Shown piece after piece: positions 44,177 to 50,982 of a stretch of 64,000 bases of DNA. The notes under the pieces were generated by a model, which worked only from the letters and a program-made list of their open reading frames with translations, was not told where the DNA came from and ran no database searches. The position numbers were made by a program, and so were the translations under genes. Origin of the DNA: Candidatus Poribacteria bacterium (lineage in GTDB: Bacteria > Poribacteria > WGA-4E > GCA-2687025). The DNA is taken from positions 7,254-71,253 of the forward strand of contig JAPPNK010000029.1 of the NCBI GenBank assembly GCA_028818695.1. Direction: 5' to 3'. The number at the start of each line of letters is the position of its first letter. Within the stretch, counting starts at the first letter, position 1.

Positions 44177-46198
44177 TCATTCCCCTCCCATCCAGACGCG
44201 CCGCAGCTCTGGGTCTGGGAAGTCGGGGGCCGTCCATGCTTCGTAGAGTTCCGGCGGCACGGTCAGATCCGGCGGATAATGGATGCGGAATATCTTCGCT
44301 TCCTCGTTCTCGAAGACCAGCTCAAACGCCTCGGAGCCGCCCTGTTCCCACATGCGCCGGGAAAAACCGATGCTGCGGTCGATCTCCGCCCCCGAACCTA
44401 ACCATTCTATGCGTTGCGCAGGTCCGTCGATCAGGTCGCGGAGCTGGAGAAACCAATAGTCCGCGTTGCGCGTTTTCAGGAACTGCAGCGCTTCCGTCTC
44501 GCTTTCAGCGCAATACAGATGACGCGCCGAAAGATAGATCCAGTAATGCTTCCATAGATCTTGATCTTCAATAGTCCGCGCGTTCGCATGGACATTCAGC
44601 TGGCTGCCGACGCCCCAGCGCGCCGCCACAATAGGACGGTCCTCGTTGCCGCTTGACGCATGTTCGCCTATCCAGCGGTACGCCTCTAAGGTTTTTTGTG
44701 TCGGCCTTGAAAACCGCAAAGCGGCGGCCTCAGCGGCTTGCGGCGCGATTCTTCCCGCCGGACCCCAGTATAATATCGCCATCGGTATGAGCGTCACATA
44801 CAGATACCGCAAAGCCTCTCTCGCGGCGAATCTGTATTTCTTGGGTTCCTTACCGTCCGGCTTCGTTTCATCTTCGCTCTCTATCGAGCGGGAAGGAGTC
44901 TTCTGTTGAATCGCGCGTCCTATCCAAACGAGAAAGACAGCGCTCACTGCCGCAATGGCGGGCGCCAGCATGACAGCGTATCGTACCGAGCCTGTTGTCA
45001 GATACCCCCAGATGCCGACCCACCCCGCCGCGAACAGGGAGGTCTCCATGGACGCGCTGATGTCAAGCCGCCGCGCATAAAGATACAACAGGCGAAGCCA
45101 CGAGCCGACAACGCCCAGCGCCGCGATGATTGGCAGACCGCTAAAATGTACCTTCCATCCCTCTGCGTCCATATCGCGCAGCTCCCCTACAGATTGCATG
45201 AGGCGGCTGTCGCTGAACGGAACGGCGAACGCGGCGGCTGCCTCACCAGATAACAGCGCGCGTTGAATCAGAAAGCCGACCAGAAGCAAGGCGGGCAGAA
45301 ACGACGCCAATTTCAGACCGATATGCTGACGCCCCCGCAACGTCTGTCGGACGAAGACAAGCGACGCAGCAAGCAGCGGGGGAAATGCCGCTATCAAACC
45401 GACAGGATGCGCAGGCTCCGTTGGAACAACCCAAAAGCGGTGCGATGAAGAGAAGACGAAGAGCGGGAGCGTCAAACAAGCGCAGAAAACATAAAACTCT
45501 AAGATACGCTCCTTTTGACGCCATGCGCTCACCGATGCGGGTATCAGAACGCAGAGAGCGAATGTGCCAAACCCCTCCCATGCGAGGCAGCCGACGCATG
45601 CCGTGAAACCGCATGCCGCCGCCAGTGCTATGCGGCTTCGCCGTTTTGACGCATGGATCTGCCAAAGATACAGCGAGCCCGTCAGGACCGCGAGAAAAAG
45701 GCAAAAGGCGTCCCTGTCCGCAAAGCCGAGAGGGGTACGAGACGCAACAGGCGGAGACAATACAAAAAACAGGCTGCCTAAACCTGCAGATTCCCAACCG
45801 TATAGGGATAAGAGGGCCGCTGTGAACAGCGCAGCTGTCATCGCAAAGAGGACAGGAGGCGCGTAGCAACTAAACTTGTGAAGCGTCAGGTCTGGAACAA
45901 AGACTCGCGCTGCGAGGTAGGAGTAAGCGATAACGTAGGAATACAGGTTATGAAGGAGCGTTTGATCGCGGCCCATCGGTTGCCAACGCTCCATATCGCG
46001 CTTCGGCAATCGCCCCTCTTCAAGGATGCGCTCCGATTGGCGGTAATAGAGGTAGGCGTCGTTGCCGGTAAAGCGTCCGTCCAACGCTTCGTAGTTAACG
46101 CGCGTCCGGTGCCACAAGCTGAACGCAAAGGACGCGACCATTGCGACGACAAGCAACGCGACTCTGCGTTGACGCCGGGAGTCTTCTCGTTCATTCAT
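44177..46198 (-). CDS. GT-C fold membrane glycosyltransferase, STT3/PglB/AglB-like (oligosaccharyltransferase-like)
   Basis: At least 11 TM helices followed by a soluble C-terminal domain. The first-loop segment GNDAYLYYRQ resembles the OST acidic loop. ARWGVGSQLNVHANARTIEDQD resembles the WWDYG...DGG region. The assignment rests on motif resemblance only. I set the start at ATG 46198. Confidence 0.6.
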   Translation of the reverse strand: MNEREDSRRQRRVALLVVAMVASFAFSLWHRTRVNYEALDGRFTGNDAYLYYRQSERILEEGRLPKRDMERWQPMGRDQTLLHNLYSYVIAYSYLAARVFVPDLTLHKFSCYAPPVLFAMTAALFTAALLSLYGWESAGLGSLFFVLSPPVASRTPLGFADRDAFCLFLAVLTGSLYLWQIHASKRRSRIALAAACGFTACVGCLAWEGFGTFALCVLIPASVSAWRQKERILEFYVFCACLTLPLFVFSSSHRFWVVPTEPAHPVGLIAAFPPLLAASLVFVRQTLRGRQHIGLKLASFLPALLLVGFLIQRALLSGEAAAAFAVPFSDSRLMQSVGELRDMDAEGWKVHFSGLPIIAALGVVGSWLRLLYLYARRLDISASMETSLFAAGWVGIWGYLTTGSVRYAVMLAPAIAAVSAVFLVWIGRAIQQKTPSRSIESEDETKPDGKEPKKYRFAAREALRYLYVTLIPMAILYWGPAGRIAPQAAEAAALRFSRPTQKTLEAYRWIGEHASSGNEDRPIVAARWGVGSQLNVHANARTIEDQDLWKHYWIYLSARHLYCAESETEALQFLKTRNADYWFLQLRDLIDGPAQRIEWLGSGAEIDRSIGFSRRMWEQGGSEAFELVFENEEAKIFRIHYPPDLTVPPELYEAWTAPDFPDPELRRVWMGGE

Positions 46199-46337
46199 TC
46201 GTTGCCACGGGCGACGCAGGCACCTGCGCCTCGCGTATCTCCAAAAAGATTCGTTGAGAGGCAATCAACGCTGTCAGCATCAGCAGAACCAACGCAACGG
46301 CGCGGAAGAAAACGATAAGTTGACGATCCATCAGATT

Positions 46338-47645
46338 TTACTGGTGCGGCTCCTCTGAGAAAGGAGGCGCGCCTTGGCTGCGACGAAGACGACGCTGTTG
46401 CTCCATTTCTTGCCAACGGAGAAACGCTTCTCGGCGCTCTTTTAGCGCATTCCGCTCAGATTCAGTTAGATTCTTATCGTTCATAGCGCGTTTCATCTCT
46501 TCTAGAAGCTGATTGAGTTCTTCTTCAGAAGGCGGTCTGAAAAGATGCGTTTCTGAAAGCGATGGCTTTTCTAGACTTTCTGGTCCCTCGTCTAGACTTT
46601 CTGGTCCCTCGTACGAATCATCCAGCGAAAAACTACCATCATCTCCCGCTATTTTGGGCAACGGCGTTTGAGGTACCGCTAGCGGAGAGTCGGCAGCGAT
46701 CGAAGCATATTGCTTACGCGAAGCGTCGCTTCGTTCAGCCCAAACTTCATTGATGACGCTAACAGCGTCTTCACATTTCATCCAATCAATGGGACTCATT
46801 TCATAATGAGGTGTCCAGCTCGCTATCGTTTCGACCATATGCGCCAGCTGCTCATCGCTAAATTTTCTAAACGCATCCATTCTCGCGCCATGAAGCGTAG
46901 GGCGTTTGTCGGGCGACAGCCGTTCGCCATCCTCTCCAATGTAAATGACGTTGATGCCCTCTGGGAAAACTCCTCGAAACAGAAGCTCGTATTCTTCTTC
47001 GGGCGTAAGCTCACGCTCACCGTCAACGCTATACAATGCCTCCGATGTGTAGGAGAATCCGCCGCTTGGATGCTTCTTTATTTTTGAAAAGCGTACATGG
47101 ATAGCTGGCTCCAACGTTCTCCATGCATTGAGCTCGCTATCCCAGGTTTTTTTAGGACCGATGCTAAGCTGTGAGATGTCGCCGGACTTTAACATCTCTC
47201 GAAGTTGAGTGAGAACCATGTCTCTGTTTATAATAGAGGCGTTAGGGAGCTCCGCGATTGGGGCACCGCGGTATTTCTCATAGCCTTCCCTAAGCATTTT
47301 TGCAAGGCTTTCGTTGTCTTCCTCACCATGCGCGCGTAGGTAAGTGTCAATGTGATAATCCACATGTTTTTCCCATCTGTCTTGGACAGAGATTCCTCGG
47401 GACTCTTCATGGGGATCATTGGTTTGCGCTTCCGTCAAAGATTCCTCGTTAGGAGAGGGAGAGTCGCCCGACGCAACAACAATTTCTGTCGGGGAATAAT
47501 CAAGTTCAGACTCGCCAGACTCTTTTCTTATACTCTCCTCCATCGAGGTTTCTGATGTTGACAGGACGTTCCAATAAACTGCGACTGCTACAGTCACCGA
47601 TGTCAGAACAATGGCGCAAATCCAGGCGATCGATTTTTTATTCAT
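46338..47645 (-). CDS. Orphan membrane-anchored protein (435 aa), AT-rich, coiled-coil C-terminus
   Basis: The ATG follows AGGGAGAAAG. The N-terminal anchor is IAWICAIVLTSVTVAVAVYW. The composition is protein-like and rich in E/K/S. I recognised no domain. Confidence 0.65.
   Translation of the reverse strand: MNKKSIAWICAIVLTSVTVAVAVYWNVLSTSETSMEESIRKESGESELDYSPTEIVVASGDSPSPNEESLTEAQTNDPHEESRGISVQDRWEKHVDYHIDTYLRAHGEEDNESLAKMLREGYEKYRGAPIAELPNASIINRDMVLTQLREMLKSGDISQLSIGPKKTWDSELNAWRTLEPAIHVRFSKIKKHPSGGFSYTSEALYSVDGERELTPEEEYELLFRGVFPEGINVIYIGEDGERLSPDKRPTLHGARMDAFRKFSDEQLAHMVETIASWTPHYEMSPIDWMKCEDAVSVINEVWAERSDASRKQYASIAADSPLAVPQTPLPKIAGDDGSFSLDDSYEGPESLDEGPESLEKPSLSETHLFRPPSEEELNQLLEEMKRAMNDKNLTESERNALKERREAFLRWQEMEQQRRLRRSQGAPPFSEEPHQ
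46570..46611. repeat. Perfect 21-bp tandem duplication inside the 435-aa gene
   Basis: TCTAGACTTTCTGGTCCCTCG occurs twice back to back. It is in frame and duplicates a 7-aa unit (within ...EGPESLDEGPESLEK...). Confidence 0.9.
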
Positions 47646-47673
47646 TCGTTCTTTCTCCCTTGCGTTGGAATCA

Positions 47674-48498
47674 TCAAGGATTCAATTTCCATATTGCAGT
47701 CACGTCTTCATCCCCACATGTAACATGGAAGTCGCCAGCATCAGTAATATGCGCATGAGCATAACTCATTCCCCTTTCAACTAGTTTCATTATGCAAGGA
47801 CACACTGGTACCTCTGCAACTGCCTTTAGAGATTCCTTGTAGCCTTGGCGCTCCTTCAGGGTTAGAGTAATTTCATAGGCTTTTACCTTCTTCCTTCCTT
47901 TTTTGATATGAGTTTGGTTGATTGATTCCGTCGAAAACATACCTTCAATAGAGTCAAGAAATTCACCTGCGATTTCAACAGCAGTTGCAACACCCACTAC
48001 TAGACCGCTTTCGTCCCATTCCTCTTCAGTAATTGTCAGTTTAATAGGAGTTTCATTATGCTGAAACCCAATAAGAACGCTTCCATTCTTATTATCCGTG
48101 TCACGAGAAGGATGATCAGGTTTATCGACGTTATCATAGAAACCGAACCCTGCATATGCATTTACATGACCAGCCCCATGAAAAGATTCTTCATCACCGT
48201 TACCAAACCCACCTGCCCACGGGCTTCTTCCATTGAGGTAGGGAGTGATCTCAGCTCTGGCATAACCAGGTGAGGCGACAACAGTGGTACTCAAATATGG
48301 CTCCGCATCAATTGCGCAATCATTGTGAATTCCAGGTCCTGCCAACAGCATTGAGCCTTCAATTGCGTCATCAACCATCCAAAGCGAGAGACCGAAGCCC
48401 CCGACAGCGAGCGCCATCATGAGCGCAGTCGGGATGTTCAGGAAGGGCTTGACTCGTCCAGCAAGTTTCGTCGTCAGGGCGTTCAGTGTTCGTCGCAT
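47674..48498 (-). CDS. Orphan membrane-anchored protein (274 aa), AT-rich
   Basis: ATG 48498 follows GGAGAAA and lies downstream of the predicted sigma-54 start site. An alternative GTG start lies at 48528. The N-terminal anchor is IPTALMMALAVGGFGLSLWMV. I recognised no domain. This is the most AT-rich gene in the window by eye. Confidence 0.6.
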   Translation of the reverse strand: MRRTLNALTTKLAGRVKPFLNIPTALMMALAVGGFGLSLWMVDDAIEGSMLLAGPGIHNDCAIDAEPYLSTTVVASPGYARAEITPYLNGRSPWAGGFGNGDEESFHGAGHVNAYAGFGFYDNVDKPDHPSRDTDNKNGSVLIGFQHNETPIKLTITEEEWDESGLVVGVATAVEIAGEFLDSIEGMFSTESINQTHIKKGRKKVKAYEITLTLKERQGYKESLKAVAEVPVCPCIMKLVERGMSYAHAHITDAGDFHVTCGDEDVTAIWKLNP

Positions 48499-48552
48499 CC
48501 GTTTCTCCGTTTCATTTTGTTCCGCCACATCATTGCGACACGCCTCCCTTAA

Positions 48553-48568
48553 AGCAAATACGGCGCCA
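48553..48568 (-). promoter_or_regulatory. Sigma-54 (-24/-12) promoter
   Basis: The minus strand reads TGGCGC-CGTAT-TTGCT, against the consensus TGGCAC-N5-TTGCW, with exact GG-N10-GC spacing. It lies ~55 nt upstream of ATG 48498 and directly downstream of a sigma-54 activator gene. Confidence 0.6.
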
Positions 48569-48622
48569 ACTTTGAAAACCTAGCAACCGTGCGGGTTCTC
48601 CCCAAAACCGCCCAACCAATCC

Positions 48623-48681
48623 TCGACCATATAGTCGAATTATTCGACCAAAACGTCGAAAAAAGTCGACTATATGGTCGA
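48623..48681. promoter_or_regulatory. Three phased TCGAC-N6-GTCGA dyads (putative enhancer/UAS for the adjacent activator)
   Basis: TCGACCATATAGTCGA (48623-48638), TCGACCAAAACGTCGA (48644-48659) and TCGACTATATGGTCGA (48666-48681). Start-to-start spacing is 21 and 22 bp. Sites 1 and 3 are exact reverse complements. The sites lie 55-113 bp upstream of the -24 element. Confidence 0.55.
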
Positions 48682-49716
48682 TTAGGACGTCTCATCGGTT
48701 GAATTGCCATCGAAACCAATCTTGTATTTTTTAAGTTTATACCGCAGCCCTCGTTCAGTGATGCCAAGCTGCTTCGCCGCGCGCGACTGGACGCCCTTTG
48801 CGGCGCGCAGCGCCTGCACAATCATCGTCCGCTCCACCCGTTCCAATGCGTCGGGTAGGCTCACCTGCGCGTCGCCCTCTTCGTTCCGGTCCGCCGATTG
48901 AGAAGGGGGGGTCCCGTCGCTGTAGCCGCTCGGCGTCATCTCTTTCGGCAAATGCTCTGGGTGAACGACGCCGCCCGCCGCATATATCGACGCGTTGCTA
49001 ATCGCATTCTTCAGCTCCCGCACATTTCCAGGGTACTCGTACATGAAAAGGATCGACATCGCCTCCTGCGAAAATTGAACCGGCTTGCCGCCTTCGGCAT
49101 ACTTTTCTGCAAACGCCTCGATCAGCAGCGGGAGATCCTTGCGCCGTTTCCGCAGCGGCGGAATCCTGAACGCAACCGCTTTCAGTCTCTGGTACAGATC
49201 TTCCCGAAAAGCGTCCTTCTTAATTTCCTCGGGAAGGTTCTTATTGGTCGCCGAGATGATTCGCGCGCTGATAGGGATCGGTTTTCCAGCTCCTCCAATC
49301 CGTTCAATCGTCCGTTCTTGCAGCGCGCGCAGCAGCTTCTTTTGAACCTCCGGCGACGCGTCCCCGATCTCATCTAAAAAGAGCGTTCCGTTCTGCGCCC
49401 TCTCAAACAGTCCGATGCGCTTCTGATTCGCCCCGGTGAACGAGCCGCGCTCATGGCCGAACAGCTGGCTCTCAATGAGCGACTCCGGTATCGCGGCGCA
49501 GCTCACGGCGACATACGGACAGTTGCTGCGATGCGACTTCTGATGAATCCACTTCGCCAGCATGCTTTTTCCTGTGCCGGTTTGCCCGTATAGAAAGATG
49601 CTGACATCCCTTTTGGCGGCGCGTTCCAGCCGTCTGAGTACATCCAGCATGGGGCGCGAGACGGCAATGAATTTGTCTTTGTCCTCGGAAGCGTTCTGTG
49701 TTTCTTGTTCTGGCAA
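48682..49716 (-). CDS. Sigma-54-dependent transcriptional activator (bEBP) lacking an N-terminal sensor domain
   Basis: The AAA+ core starts ~20 aa from the N-terminus. Walker A is GQTGTGKS and Walker B is LFLDEIGD. The sigma-54 contact loop is GSFTGA, a variant of GAFTGA. The C-terminal Fis-type HTH is SRAAKQLGITERGLRYKLKKY. Confidence 0.9.
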   Translation of the reverse strand: MPEQETQNASEDKDKFIAVSRPMLDVLRRLERAAKRDVSIFLYGQTGTGKSMLAKWIHQKSHRSNCPYVAVSCAAIPESLIESQLFGHERGSFTGANQKRIGLFERAQNGTLFLDEIGDASPEVQKKLLRALQERTIERIGGAGKPIPISARIISATNKNLPEEIKKDAFREDLYQRLKAVAFRIPPLRKRRKDLPLLIEAFAEKYAEGGKPVQFSQEAMSILFMYEYPGNVRELKNAISNASIYAAGGVVHPEHLPKEMTPSGYSDGTPPSQSADRNEEGDAQVSLPDALERVERTMIVQALRAAKGVQSRAAKQLGITERGLRYKLKKYKIGFDGNSTDETS

Positions 49717-49919
49717 GATCGCCTGCCTTTCTTTTGCGATAGCTCTTTACCATTCTGCCTTCATGATCGGCTGAGCGCTACAAATAATGCCGCATTCTTT
49801 TCAGCGGCGCAACCTTCATTCTCTGACGGACGGCGCGGCGTCTTTTTTATGAATGCGGGCAGGCTATGGGGCTGCAGGAATGACTGCGCTGGGCGGCGGA
49901 AGCCTAGCGCCATGCCTCG

Positions 49920-50006
49920 TCAACGGCGCAGCAGCAATTTCAGCAGGGCGGCAATCAGCAGCGGCGCGGCGGCTCCCGCAATGGCGCCTAGCAGCGCGGT
50001 TTTCAT
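49920..50006 (-). CDS. Candidate 28-aa hydrophobic small membrane peptide
   Basis: The ATG overlaps the dehydrogenase stop (ATGA at 50003-50006). Translation: MKTALLGAIAGAAAPLLIAALLKLLLRR*. Codon third positions are GC-rich like the host genes. The ORF falls below the ORF-track length cutoff. Confidence 0.25.
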   Translation of the reverse strand: MKTALLGAIAGAAAPLLIAALLKLLLRR

Positions 50007-50980
50007 ACGACCGGCGGCTTTGGGCGGGGCGGGCGGTTGGCGGGGAAGCGCGGCTCTTCTCCCCGCAGAACGCGCAGCGCGTCCTTCGTCACGAGCGACA
50101 TGCTGCGCATCGATCTTTCCGTCTGCCCCGCCAGGTGCGGCGACAGCAGAACGTTCGGAAGGCGCAGGAGCGCGGATTCAAGCGGCAGCGGCTCCGTTTC
50201 AAACACATCCAGGCATGCGCCGGCGATTTGCCCCGTTTCGAGCGCGCGGATCAGGTCGTCTTCGTTATGCAAGGCGCCGCGCGCCGCGTTGATGAAGAGC
50301 GCGGACGGCTTCATCATCTCGAACCGCTCCCGGTTGAACATGCCGGCGGTCTGCGCCGTCGCGGGGATATGTACGGTGACGATGTCGGAGCGGGTTAGCA
50401 GGTCGTCCAGCGATGTTTTTTCGGCGCCGAGACGCGCTTCCAGATTGGGGCGGGGGACGATGTCGCAGTACAGCGCCTTCATCGAGAAGCCCTGAACGGC
50501 GATCTCCATGACGCGCGCCCCGATTCGACCCGCCCCGACAACGCCGATGGTCCTGCCGTTGATCTCAAAGCCGTAGGCGCTGTCGCGCATTGACCAGTCG
50601 CCGTTTCGAACGGCTTGATCGGCTGCGGGGATGCGCCGATGAAAGGAGAGCGCCGATCCGATCGCAAACTCGGCGACCGCCTGCGCATTCGCTTCGGGCG
50701 TGAAGGCGACCCAGATGCCGCGCTCCTCCGCCGCTTTCAGGTCGACATTGTCGATGCCGACCCCGTGTCGCCCGACGACGCGCAGCTCAGGCGAGGCGTC
50801 CATCAGCTCCGCGTCCACCCGTCCAAAGGCGCGCAGAATGACCGCGTGCGCGTCCGCCATCCCGCGCCGCAGCGTGTCAGGCTTCGCGTCCGGCAGCGTC
50901 TCGATATGCGCATGCGGAGCGGCGGCGCTCAGCCCCGCTTCATGTATTTTGGAGACGACAACCATTTTCCACTTCTTCAT
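50003..50980 (-). CDS. D-isomer-specific 2-hydroxyacid dehydrogenase (PGDH-like)
   Basis: GVGIDNVDL and the NAD motif GVVGAGRIGARV. I set the start at ATG 50980 (MKKWKMVVV), 2 nt after the rarA stop. Confidence 0.85.
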   Translation of the reverse strand: MKKWKMVVVSKIHEAGLSAAAPHAHIETLPDAKPDTLRRGMADAHAVILRAFGRVDAELMDASPELRVVGRHGVGIDNVDLKAAEERGIWVAFTPEANAQAVAEFAIGSALSFHRRIPAADQAVRNGDWSMRDSAYGFEINGRTIGVVGAGRIGARVMEIAVQGFSMKALYCDIVPRPNLEARLGAEKTSLDDLLTRSDIVTVHIPATAQTAGMFNRERFEMMKPSALFINAARGALHNEDDLIRALETGQIAGACLDVFETEPLPLESALLRLPNVLLSPHLAGQTERSMRSMSLVTKDALRVLRGEEPRFPANRPPRPKPPVV

Positions 50981-50982
50981 GT

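Noticed and set aside
48529-48552. Strong AAGGGAGG followed by ATGATG, which could encode a 16-aa leader peptide (MMWRNKMKRRNGCDEH*) ahead of the 274-aa gene
   Set aside because: The predicted sigma-54 start site (~12 nt after the -12 GC) falls at or after this Shine-Dalgarno-like sequence, so it would not be in the mRNA. I kept it only as an alternative if the TSS prediction is wrong.
49833-49852. Plus-strand GC hairpin followed by TTTTTT (terminator-like)
   Set aside because: The stem is only 4 bp, and no plus-strand gene ends upstream of it. It lies in the promoter region of the minus-strand activator gene.
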